Shown: positions 20,403-32,807, counted from the stretch's first letter. The stretch: 64,000 nucleotides of DNA from Escherichia coli (GCF_048403405.1 NZ_CP183129.1), one strand, 5' to 3'. Notes: a model not told the origin generated them from the sequence alone. Translations and numbers: made by a program.

Positions 20403-21101
20403 ATGCAGGATATTCCACAGGAAACACATCATGAGACGACACGCCTCACTCAGTCAGCCCAGGTGGTGCTCTGGGAAATCGATCTGACAGAGGTCGGTGG
20501 TGAACGTTATTTTTTCTGTAATGAGCAGAACGAAAAAGGTGAGCCGGTTACCTGGCAGGGGCGGCAGTATCAGGCATACCCCATTCAGGGGACGGGATTT
20601 GAACTGAACGGCAAGGGCAGTGCTGCCCGTCCGACACTGACGGTTTCTAACCTGCACGGAATGGTCACCGGGATGGCGGAAGACCTGCAGAGTCTGGTCG
20701 GCGGAACGGTGGTCAGGCGTAAGGTTTACGCCCGTTTTCTGGATGCGGTGAACTTCGTCAACGGAAACAGTGACGCCGATCCGGAGCAGGAGGTGATCAG
20801 CCGCTGGCGCATCGAGCAGTGCAGCGAACTGAGCGCGGTCAGTGCCTCTTTTGTACTGTCCACGCCGACGGAAACGGACGGTGCTGTTTTTCCGGGGCGC
20901 ATCATGCTGGCTAATACCTGCACCTGGACCTATCGCGGTGATGAGTGCGGTTATCACGGTCCGGCGGTCGCGGATGAATATGACCAGCCGACGTCCGATA
21001 TCACGAAGGATAAATGCAGCAAATGCCTGAGTGGTTGTAAGTTTCGCAATAACGTCGGCAACTTTGGCGGCTTCCTTTCCATTAACAAACTTTCGCAGTG
21101 A
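20403..21101 (+). CDS. minor tail protein L
   Basis: 232 aa; C-terminal Cys cluster (CSKCLSGCKFRNN) as in lambda L. Confidence 0.85.
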   Translation: MQDIPQETHHETTRLTQSAQVVLWEIDLTEVGGERYFFCNEQNEKGEPVTWQGRQYQAYPIQGTGFELNGKGSAARPTLTVSNLHGMVTGMAEDLQSLVGGTVVRRKVYARFLDAVNFVNGNSDADPEQEVISRWRIEQCSELSAVSASFVLSTPTETDGAVFPGRIMLANTCTWTYRGDECGYHGPAVADEYDQPTSDITKDKCSKCLSGCKFRNNVGNFGGFLSINKLSQ

Positions 21102-21850
21102 ATCCCATGACAGAGACAGAATCAGCGATTCTGGCGCACGCCCGGCGATGTGCGCCAGCGGAGTCGTGCGGCTTCGTGGTGAGAACACCGGAGGGGGAAA
21201 GATATTTTCCCTGCGTGAATATCTCCGGTGAGCCGGAGGAGTATTTCCGGATGTCGCCGGAGGACTGGCTGCGGGCAGAGATGCAGGGTGAGATTGTGGC
21301 GCTGGTCCACAGCCACCCCGGTGGTATGCCCTGGCTGAGTGAGACCGACCGGCGGCTGCAGGTGCAGAGTGATTTGCCGTGGTGGCTGGTTTGCCGGGGA
21401 GCGATTCACAAGTTCCGCTGTGTGCCACATCTTTCCGGGCGGCGCTTTGAGCACGGGGTGACGGACTGTTACACGCTGTTCCGGGATGCTTACCATCTGG
21501 CGGGGATTGAGATGCCGGATTTTCATCGCGAGGATGACTGGTGGCGTAACGGTCAGAATCTCTATCTGGATAATCTGGAGGCCACAGGGCTGTATCAGGT
21601 GCCGTTGTCAGCGGCGCAGCCGGGCGATGTGCTGCTGTGCTGTTTTGGTTCATCGGTGCCGAATCATGCCGCCATTTACTGTGGTGACAGCGAGCTGCTG
21701 CACCATATTCCTGAACAACTGAGCAAACGAGAGAGGTACACCGACAAATGGCAGCGACGCACACACTCCCTCTGGCGTCACCGGGCATGGCACGCATCTG
21801 CCTTTACGGGGATTTACAACGATTTGGCCGTCGCATCGACCTTCGAGTGA
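21098..21850 (+). CDS. tail assembly protein K (JAB/MPN plus NlpC/P60-like)
   Basis: HSHPGG metal-binding motif; C-terminal Cys/His peptidase-like region; position. Confidence 0.85.
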   Translation: MNPMTETESAILAHARRCAPAESCGFVVRTPEGERYFPCVNISGEPEEYFRMSPEDWLRAEMQGEIVALVHSHPGGMPWLSETDRRLQVQSDLPWWLVCRGAIHKFRCVPHLSGRRFEHGVTDCYTLFRDAYHLAGIEMPDFHREDDWWRNGQNLYLDNLEATGLYQVPLSAAQPGDVLLCCFGSSVPNHAAIYCGDSELLHHIPEQLSKRERYTDKWQRRTHSLWRHRAWHASAFTGIYNDLAVASTFE

Positions 21851-22395
21851 AAACGGGGTCCGAAGCCATCCGGGCGCTGGCCATGCAGATCCCGGCGTTT
21901 CGTCAGAAACTGAGCGACGGCTGGTACCAGGTACGCATTGCCGGGCGTGATGCCGGTGAAACCGAATTGTCTGCCCGTCTTAATGAGCCGCTGGCAAATG
22001 GTGCCGTGATCCACATCGTGCCGCGTCTGGCGGGAGCTAAAAGTGGCGGTGTGTTTCAGGTGGTGCTGGGGGCGGCGCTGATTGCGGTGGCATGGTGGAA
22101 CCCTGTGGGCTGGCTGGGAGCCGCGGCTGTATCGGGTATGTATGCGGCAGGGGCCAGTATGATCCTGGGCGGAGTGGCGCAGATGCTGGCACCGAAAGCC
22201 AGGACGCCCACGGCAGCAAGTACAGATAACGGCAAACAGAACACCTATTTCTCCTCACTGGATAACATGGTTGCCCAGGGCAATGTTCTGCCCGTTCTGT
22301 ACGGTGAAATGCGCGTGGGGTCGCGGGTGGTCTCTCAGGAGATCAGCACGGCAGACGAAGGGGATGGTGGTCAGGTTGTGGTGATTGGTCGCTGA
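21748..22395 (+). CDS. tail assembly protein I
   Basis: MAATHTLPLASPGMARICLYGDLQRFGRRIDLRVKTG... matches recalled lambda gpI; start overlaps K in another frame. Confidence 0.8.
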   Translation: MAATHTLPLASPGMARICLYGDLQRFGRRIDLRVKTGSEAIRALAMQIPAFRQKLSDGWYQVRIAGRDAGETELSARLNEPLANGAVIHIVPRLAGAKSGGVFQVVLGAALIAVAWWNPVGWLGAAAVSGMYAAGASMILGGVAQMLAPKARTPTAASTDNGKQNTYFSSLDNMVAQGNVLPVLYGEMRVGSRVVSQEISTADEGDGGQVVVIGR

Positions 22396-22398
22396 TGA

Positions 22399-25850
<3,452 letters not shown>

Positions 25851-25917
25851 ATTTTATAACCCATATACGGGCGCCAGAAATGGCGCCTTTTTTATTGCAG
25901 AAAAGCGAGAGGTAATT

Positions 25918-26517
25918 ATGCGTAAAGTTTGTGCAGCCATTTTGTCCGCAGCCATCTGTCTGTCCGTATCCGGTGCGCCTGCATGGGCATCTGAACATCA
26001 GTCCACGCTGAGCGCGGGGTATCTTCATGCCTCGACGAACGTTCCCGGCAGCGATGATCTTAACGGGATTAACGTGAAATACCGTTATGAGTTTACGGAC
26101 ACACTGGGGCTGGTGACGTCATTCAGCTATGCAGGAGACAAGAATCGCCAGCTTACCCGTTACAGCAATACCCGCTGGCATGAAGATTCCGTGCGTAACC
26201 GCTGGTTCAGCGTGATGGTGGGGCCGTCTGTGCGCGTGAATGAATGGTTCAGCGCGTATGCGATGGCGGGTATGGCTTACAGCCGTGTGTCGACCTTCTC
26301 CGGGGATTATCTCCGCGTAACTGACAACAAGGGGAAAACGCACGATGTGCTGACCGGAAGTGATGACGGTCGCCACAGCAACACGTCTCTGGCGTGGGGG
26401 GCTGGCGTGCAGTTTAACCCGACCGAATCCGTGGCCATTGACCTTGCTTATGAAGGTTCCGGCAGTGGTGACTGGCGCACTGACGGTTTCATCGTGGGTG
26501 TCGGTTATAAATTCTGA
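25918..26517 (+). CDS. lom: Lom/Ail-family outer membrane protein
   Basis: 199 aa; signal peptide; beta-barrel C-terminal ...GVGYKF; own terminator; classic position after J. Confidence 0.85.
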
Positions 26518-26542
26518 TTAGCCAGGTAACACAGTGTTATGA

Positions 26543-26572
26543 CAGCCCGCCGGTTCAGGCGGGCTTTTTTGT
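26543..26572 (+). terminator. rho-independent terminator after lom
   Basis: cagcccgccggttcaggcgggctttttt. Confidence 0.6.
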
Positions 26573-26581
26573 GGAGTGGAT

Positions 26582-28987
26582 ATGGCAGCAGTAAAAATCT
26601 CAGGTGTGCTGAAAGATGGTGCGGGAAAACCAATACAGAACTGCACTATTCAACTGAAGGCAAAGCGTAACAGCACCACGGTACTGGTGAACACGGTGGC
26701 CTCTGAAAATCCGGATGAAGCCGGGCGTTACAGCATGGATGTTGAGTATGGCCAGTACAGCGTTATCCTGCTTGTTGAAGGTTTTCCGCCTTCACATGCC
26801 GGAACCATTACCGTCTATGAAGGTTCCAGACCAGGTACGCTGAATGATTTTCTCGGTGCCATGACGGAAGATGATGTCATGCCGGAGGCATTGCGTCGTT
26901 TTGAGGAAATGGTGGAAGAAGCGGCACGCAACGCCGAAGCCGCCTCTCAGAGCGCAGCGGCGGCAAAGAAATCCGAAACTGCAGCGGCATCATCAAAGAA
27001 CGCGGCGAAAACCTCAGAAACGAATGCAGCTAATAGTGCACAGGCGGCAGCGACCTCAAAGACTGCATCGGCAAACTCCGCGACAGCAGCCAAAAAATCA
27101 GAAACCAACGCGAAAAATAGCGAGACAGCCGCAAAGACGAGCGAAACCAACGCAAAGTCCAGCCAGACGGCAGCGAAAACCAGCGAAACGAATGCCAAAG
27201 CCAGTGAAACTGCGGCAAAAAACAGCCAGGTTGCAGCAGCCCAAAGCGAGAGCGCGGCAGCCGGTTCTGCGACTTCAGCAGCTGGATCAGCAACTGCTGC
27301 GGCTAACAGCCAGAAAGCTGCGAAGACGAGTGAAACTAACGCAAAGTCCAGCCAGACGGCAGCGAAGACCAGCGAAACGAATGCCAAAGCCAGTGAAACT
27401 GCGGCGAAAAGCAGTCAGGATGCAGCGGCCCAAAGCGAGAGTGCCGCAGCCAGTTCTGCAAGCGCGGCGGCTGCTTCTGCCACTGCATCAGCTAACAGTC
27501 AAAAAGCAGCAAAAACCAGTGAAACCAACGCAAAGGCGAGCGAGACTGCGGCGGCGAACTCGGCGCAAGCATCGGCAGCAAGCCAGACAGCAGCTAAAGC
27601 AAGTGAAGACGCAGCCAGAGAGTATGCAAGCCAGGCAGCGGAGCCGTATAAACAAGTTTTGCAGCCGTTGCCCGATGTGTGGATACCGTTTAATGATTCA
27701 CTGGATATGATTACGGGCTTTTCGCCATCATATAAAAAAATTGTTATTGGCGACGATGAAATAACAATGCCTGGCGACAAGATTGTAAAGTTTAAACGCG
27801 CATCGAAAGCAACTTACATTAATAAATCTGGTGTGCTGACAGAGGCTGCCATTGACGAGCCACGATTTGAACGTGATGGCCTGCTTATTGAGGGGCAAAG
27901 AACTAACCTGCTAATCAATTCAACAAATCCGACTAAATGGAACAAGTCGTCAAATATGATCTTAAGTGCATCAGGTGTAGATGATTTCGGATTCCAGTAC
28001 GCAAAATTTACATTAAAACCAGAAATGGTAGGGCAAATTTCAGCGATTAACATAGTAACCGTTTCCGGCAGTAAAGGTTTTGATGTAACAGGCGGAGAAA
28101 AGTATGTAACCATATCATGCAGGGTGCAAAGTGGCACTCCAAATTTAAGATGCCGATTACGATTTGAAAACTATGATGGTTCTACCTACACATTCTTAGG
28201 TGACGCTTACTTAAATACGACAGATTTATCTATTGATAAGACGGGTGGTGCCGCTAATCGCATTACTGCAAGGGCTGTTAAAGATGAAGCAAGCAAATGG
28301 ATCTTTTTTGAGGCGACAATTAAGGCACTTGATACAGAAAATATGATAGGTGGAATGGTTCAGTATGCCCCGGCAAAAGGAGTGGGCACTGGCGCGGATG
28401 ATTATATTTATATTGCGACCCCTCAAGTTGAAGGTGGGGCGTGCGCTTCATCGTTTATTATAACAGGCGCATCCCCTGTAACACGCGCCAGCGATATTGT
28501 AACGGTCCCCATTTCTCTAAATTGGTGCAATCCCGCTATTAGTTCATTAGCAGAAGTTAATACCAATTGGGATGAATCGCCAAACAAAGAAGGTAGCGCA
28601 CGTATTCTTAATATTTCCACTACGGGAGATACAACTGAAATTGCAGATGAAAGTTATATGTATTTGGGGTATACATCTTTGGGAGCACGCGCAATCATTA
28701 CAAATGGTAAAGGCACTAAAATAGAATATAAAAGCGTTATAGAACGACCAGAGAGAAAAAGCATTATCGGCTTTAGATTCACAGAAAGTCGAGAATTGTG
28801 TGTTGTGGTTAACGGTAATATTGGTGCTAAGGTAGTTTCTCCTTATAAAAAACACAAATATACAGGAGGCTTCATTAATATTGGTGGTCAATCATCATCC
28901 GGCAACCGTCACCTATTTGGACACGTTCGAAATCTGCGTATTTGGCACAAGGCATTGACTGATGCTCAGATGGGGGAGTCAATCTAA
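26582..28987 (+). CDS. stf: side tail fibre protein Stf with a replaced, low-GC C-terminal receptor-binding module
   Basis: N-terminus MAAVKISGVLKDGAGKPIQNCTIQLKAKRNSTT... matches recalled lambda Stf; Ala/Ser/Thr-rich repeats; C-terminal ~440 aa of lower GC with a possible lectin-like motif. Confidence 0.85.
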   Translation: MAAVKISGVLKDGAGKPIQNCTIQLKAKRNSTTVLVNTVASENPDEAGRYSMDVEYGQYSVILLVEGFPPSHAGTITVYEGSRPGTLNDFLGAMTEDDVMPEALRRFEEMVEEAARNAEAASQSAAAAKKSETAAASSKNAAKTSETNAANSAQAAATSKTASANSATAAKKSETNAKNSETAAKTSETNAKSSQTAAKTSETNAKASETAAKNSQVAAAQSESAAAGSATSAAGSATAAANSQKAAKTSETNAKSSQTAAKTSETNAKASETAAKSSQDAAAQSESAAASSASAAAASATASANSQKAAKTSETNAKASETAAANSAQASAASQTAAKASEDAAREYASQAAEPYKQVLQPLPDVWIPFNDSLDMITGFSPSYKKIVIGDDEITMPGDKIVKFKRASKATYINKSGVLTEAAIDEPRFERDGLLIEGQRTNLLINSTNPTKWNKSSNMILSASGVDDFGFQYAKFTLKPEMVGQISAINIVTVSGSKGFDVTGGEKYVTISCRVQSGTPNLRCRLRFENYDGSTYTFLGDAYLNTTDLSIDKTGGAANRITARAVKDEASKWIFFEATIKALDTENMIGGMVQYAPAKGVGTGADDYIYIATPQVEGGACASSFIITGASPVTRASDIVTVPISLNWCNPAISSLAEVNTNWDESPNKEGSARILNISTTGDTTEIADESYMYLGYTSLGARAIITNGKGTKIEYKSVIERPERKSIIGFRFTESRELCVVVNGNIGAKVVSPYKKHKYTGGFINIGGQSSSGNRHLFGHVRNLRIWHKALTDAQMGESI
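27100..27560. repeat. about 2.4 tandem copies of a 189-bp (63-codon) in-frame repeat inside stf
   Basis: cgcaaagtccagccagacggcagcgaa(a/g)accagcgaaacgaatgccaaagccagtgaaactgcggc recurs at 27151 and 27340. Confidence 0.7.
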
Positions 28988-29268
28988 TGAAAGATTTAAC
29001 ACTCAAATTTGCCGACAGGGCCGACTTTTCGGCCTTTATGGGAAGTATTGGCTATTATAATGACGAGTCGATGCAGGATGATATTCTGATTGATGTGATA
29101 GGTAACGTGTACAAAGAAACCGGAGAGCTGACTGAAGATGGCGAACCGGTATGTGTTAAGGAAGATGGATATTTTGTAAACGTGCGCATCATTAAGGATA
29201 CGCAAATATCGTCATTATTCGATGAATACGTGGTTGCTGTTGAGCATCAACTTCGTGGCTGGATGTGA
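28987..29268 (+). CDS. ORF-A: small acidic protein (93 aa), function unknown
   Basis: ATG overlaps the stf stop (TAATG); about 19 Asp/Glu versus 8 Lys/Arg; no family recognised. Confidence 0.5.
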   Translation: MKDLTLKFADRADFSAFMGSIGYYNDESMQDDILIDVIGNVYKETGELTEDGEPVCVKEDGYFVNVRIIKDTQISSLFDEYVVAVEHQLRGWM

Positions 29269-29277
29269 GGAAGAAAA

Positions 29278-30318
29278 ATGGCTACATCGACAGTAATTCC
29301 TGATGACATCAAAACGCTAAAATCCGACGTTAGCAAATTAAAAAACGATCAAGGAAGCTACGCAACAAAATTATATGTAGACAGCAAAGATGAAATCGTT
29401 GGTGACTGGTCTGCTTCATGGTATCAGCAGGTATTGCCAACTAGCGGAGCTATATTTGGGAGAAAACTCCGCTCAACTCACAGGACGGCAGGTGTTGAGG
29501 ATGCGTATTGCGAACTATACCTCAAAAAATGGATAGACAGTCCAGGTAACGCAATGGCGCGCCTTAACCTGAACGATAACGGGACAAACATTTGCTGGGA
29601 CTTTACCAACCTTTATGGCGGTACGATGATTTTTCCCGGTGACAGCGGATACCTCAAAATGGGTAACTGCCTTATGTCATACAGCAAGCGTGGAAGTAAC
29701 GCGCTTATTAAATTTGATTACACCGACACATTACAGATCAAATATGCCAATCATGGGTCAACCATGACATTAAACACACAGGGAACCGCTTATGCTGGTG
29801 TTACTGCTCAATTGTGGGGCAACTCCAGCCGTCCTGTTGTTTATGAAGTCGGTGTTGATGGTGGCGCTTATATGTTCTATGCGCAAAAAAATACCGATAA
29901 CACCTATATGTTAAGCGTTAATGGTGCATGTCATGCCACCGCATTTAACCAGCATTCCGACCGGGATCTGAAAGACAACATTCAGGTGATCGATAATGCA
30001 ACCGACCGCATCCGTAAAATGAACGGCTATACATACACGCTTAAAGAAAACGGTATGCCCTATGCTGGTGTCATTGCACAGGAAGCTCTGGAAGCAATCC
30101 CAGAAGTTGTAGGTTCCGCAATGAAATATCAGGACGGCGCAAGCGGATCGGAAGGTGAAGAAGGTGAACGTTATTACACAGTAGATTATTCTGGTGTTAC
30201 TGGCTTGCTTGTTCAGGTAGCCAGAGAGTCAGACGACAGAATAACAGCACTGGAAGAAGAAAACGCAGAATTAAGACAAAGATTATCTGCAATTGAGGCG
30301 GCGCTTGCGTCTAAATAA
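29278..30318 (+). CDS. ORF-B: fibre/tailspike-like protein (346 aa) with C-terminal intramolecular-chaperone (peptidase S74-like) domain
   Basis: RBS GGAAG; C-terminal SDRDLKDNIQ...YTYTLKENGMPYAGVIAQEALEAIPEVV...coiled-coil ITALEEENAELRQRLSAIEAAL, the pattern of autoproteolytic fibre chaperone domains; hairpin aggggccgagcgcccc after the stop. Confidence 0.6.
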   Translation: MATSTVIPDDIKTLKSDVSKLKNDQGSYATKLYVDSKDEIVGDWSASWYQQVLPTSGAIFGRKLRSTHRTAGVEDAYCELYLKKWIDSPGNAMARLNLNDNGTNICWDFTNLYGGTMIFPGDSGYLKMGNCLMSYSKRGSNALIKFDYTDTLQIKYANHGSTMTLNTQGTAYAGVTAQLWGNSSRPVVYEVGVDGGAYMFYAQKNTDNTYMLSVNGACHATAFNQHSDRDLKDNIQVIDNATDRIRKMNGYTYTLKENGMPYAGVIAQEALEAIPEVVGSAMKYQDGASGSEGEEGERYYTVDYSGVTGLLVQVARESDDRITALEEENAELRQRLSAIEAALASK

Positions 30319-30360
30319 TATCAAGGGGCCGAGCGCCCCGTTTTATTGGGTAGGATGAAA

Positions 30361-30654
30361 ATGGATATAACACCTTTCCTTCATGCGCTTTGTGCTGTGG
30401 CTGCGCAGCTACTGGTTGGTCTTTTTACCGGGAACTGGGCTTACGGGGCGATAGCCGGTTGTACGTTCTTCATTGCGCGTGAACACACCCAGGCGGAATA
30501 TCGCTGGATTGAAATGTTTGGGCATGGCAAGAGGATTAACATGCCGTGGTGGGGCGGTTTTGATCCGCGCGTGTGGGATGTGGCAAGCCTGATGGATTTT
30601 GCTGTGCCGGTGGTGGCGTGTCTGCTGGTCTGGCTGTTGGTTAATCGTGGGTGA
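30361..30654 (+). CDS. ORF-C: small membrane protein (97 aa; 2-3 predicted transmembrane segments)
   Basis: Hydrophobic stretches ALCAVAAQLLVGLF, GAIAGCTFFIA, VPVVACLLVWLLV; AGGA 5 nt upstream of ATG; start could also be 30346 or 30355. Confidence 0.5.
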   Translation: MDITPFLHALCAVAAQLLVGLFTGNWAYGAIAGCTFFIAREHTQAEYRWIEMFGHGKRINMPWWGGFDPRVWDVASLMDFAVPVVACLLVWLLVNRG

Positions 30655-30664
30655 AAAAAGGTGA

Positions 30665-30784
30665 GCTGTATATGCAACGGAGGAAGAAACCCCGTTGCTG
30701 GAAGCCTGGAAAAAGTATCGGGTGTTGCTGAACCGTGTTGATACGTCAACTGCACAGGATATTGAATGGCCAGCACTGCCGTAG
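30665..30784 (+). pseudogene. tfa: 3-prime remnant of tail-fibre assembly gene tfa (last ~36 codons only)
   Basis: Frame opening right after the ORF-C stop reads [39 protein letters not shown], matching the recalled lambda Tfa C-terminus; no start codon or N-terminal domain. Confidence 0.7.
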
Positions 30785-30881
30785 GGTAAAACATATAAAT
30801 TCTATAATTAGATGTATCTTTCCATTTACGGCAAGGAAGGGGGCTTGGAAGACGTAAAGCATCTCACACCGAGATTATTTT

Positions 30882-31472
30882 TTATATGTCAGGTGTCTGA
30901 AGTTTTGCTTTGGCTCTTAAAATGGTTTGCCGCGAGGTTTTGAATTCCCGGGCAATGGCACTTATACTTACACCTGACTTAATTCGTTCGAATACCACCT
31001 GTTTCTGTTCTTCATTTAACACAGGTGGTCGACCAAAACGTTTCCCTGCGCCCCGGGCTCTTACTATCCCGGAATGAGTGCGTTCAAGTAAAAGGTCTCG
31101 TTCAAATTCAGCGACTGCTGAAATTACTTGCATCATCATTTTTCCTGTTGGACTGGTCAGGTCAATGCCCCCCAATGCTAAGCAATGCACTCTGATACCT
31201 GTTTCGGTCAGTTGTTCCACTGTTTTCCTGATATCCATTGCATTACAACCAAGGCGATCCAGTTTTGTCACAATCAATTGATCACCACATTTCAGGCGAG
31301 CAAGCAACCGGTTAAAACCAGGACGCTCACTGGTTGCTGCTGAGCCGCTAATGTGTTCTTCGATTATTTGCTGAGGTTTGATTTTAAAACCTGCACTTTC
31401 GATTTCCCGGCGTTGATTTTCGGTGGTCTGATCCAGCGTTGATATCCGACAGTAAGCAAAAATTCGAGACAT
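30882..31472 (-). CDS. pinQ: serine recombinase (invertase/resolvase family), PinQ/PinR-like
   Basis: 196 aa; catalytic-region motif YCRISTLDQ; C-terminal helix-turn-helix; same position as pinQ next to tfa and ydfK in K-12 Qin. Confidence 0.75.
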
Positions 31473-31788
31473 AGTGAGACTCTATACGAAATTGGTGTTC
31501 ATATCATAATGCATCTCAGAAAATAATTTTGATTATTTTTGTGCATGTTTGTATGTACACGTTCGAAAATAAACGAATGCGTATGCAACCCCGTAATTTT
31601 GGTGAGACCCAAAATCGATTTTGTGAAAAATGGCTTTAACTCGGTTTGTTTTTCGAGTTCCGGGCGGACTCAAGGAAGAAGAATAGTGTTGCGTGTTATT
31701 TTAACCAGATTTCAAGTTGTTTGGTCGTGGAAAAGTGGAGCAAAATGTTGTTAAAGTGGAAAAATGATAAAAAAGTAAGTTTATTATA

Positions 31789-32022
31789 TTACATTTTACC
31801 ATTTAAATTTTGGTTGTCTTTAAGAACTGATATCGCTGTTTGTAATAATTCTTTGTTATCCAGCCATGACTTTTTCTTTATGTTTCCTTCAATGTAATCA
31901 AGCAATGTTCTGGTATTGATAGGTCTTCCCTGTTTTGCCACTTCCACGACAGCATCTCCCAGGATAATTCTGACTTCAGGAAGCTGCGCAGGGAACCACT
32001 TTAGGGTGTCTTTTGATTTCAT
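31789..32022 (-). CDS. ydfK: YdfK/YnaE-family cold-shock-inducible prophage protein
   Basis: 77 aa from MKSKDTLKWFPAQLPEVRIILGDAVVEVAKQGRP...; AT-rich leader upstream (higher coordinates). Confidence 0.75.
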   Translation of the reverse strand: MKSKDTLKWFPAQLPEVRIILGDAVVEVAKQGRPINTRTLLDYIEGNIKKKSWLDNKELLQTAISVLKDNQNLNGKM

Positions 32023-32807
32023 GAATATATTCCTTAAAATATTATTGATTTTCATTGCGATATTGTATGTCTGATTCAGGATATGTTGACTTATACATCG
32101 GTTTTGTCTGGGTTATTGGATATGCCAATCCCTAATTTTATTAGAGCATGACTAAAAATGCTGAATATGATAAGGAGCGAAGTGATTATCAGTATGCTGT
32201 TCATATAGCCTCGAATTAGTAATGTGTTATATATGATATAGTTGACAATTTTTATCCTGGGTGTTCTTAAAGTTCGTAGATAAACATTGTCGTTTCAGGT
32301 ATACAGGAATGCTAACAGATGGCGGCAAAAATCAGGCGGTTTATGGCGCAAGCTGAAGTGGCAACTGCAAACTATCTTATGCAGAGACTCTACACGGATT
32401 GGGTTTAAAAGTATACATAGATAACAGTTTTTATCTGAAGAAGAAAAATATCAAGGTGATATAGCCTATATGCCTTTGATGCGGAGGAATGAATGTGATG
32501 GGAGTGATGTATCTGAATAGTTGAAAAACCGCAGACACGCCTTATGCAAGAACGTGCTGCGGTTGGCTGGTAAATTTTTCGATAGTGCGAGTATTGAATG
32601 ATTTCCAGCCGTTATTGATTTTACGCGTAACTCCATGAAAAAACTACTTATCTGTTGAGGAGTTTTTTTGGGGCATATATGGGACAGAAATAGGCCCCAG
32701 ATAGACACTGAGATCGAACTTAGGATGCTTTTTAAAAAATGCAACTATCTGAAAAAACCTAGAAAACGCCAAGGAAACCACAGGATGGGAAAAAACACCT
32801 GTGAATT

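Noticed and set aside
20454-21797. 447-aa minus-strand ORF across the gpL and gpK genes
   Set aside because: Pro/Ala/Arg-rich low-complexity translation, antisense to well-supported tail genes; typical artefact of high-GC coding DNA.
26900-27640. Repeat array that could be mistaken for a CRISPR array
   Set aside because: Repeats are 189 bp, contiguous, in frame and code for fibre shaft; there is no short repeat-spacer alternation and no cas gene.
26871-27710. 279-aa Arg/Lys/Gln-rich ORF in an alternative frame of the stf repeat region
   Set aside because: By-product of the repetitive GCN-rich codons of Stf; the Stf frame is the one with homology.
30441-30794. 117-aa minus-strand ORF overlapping ORF-C and the tfa remnant
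   Set aside because: Low-complexity translation, antisense to two better-supported plus-strand features.
27650-30900. Pin-driven invertible tail-fibre segment (Mu G or e14 P type)
   Set aside because: All ORFs in the interval are on the plus strand and no oppositely oriented alternative fibre or tfa segment is visible; a full inverted-repeat search was not possible by eye.
31473-31790. Short ORFs (71 and 83 aa) between pinQ and ydfK
   Set aside because: AT-rich intergenic DNA that should hold the promoters of both minus-strand genes; Cys/Phe-rich translations with no RBS.
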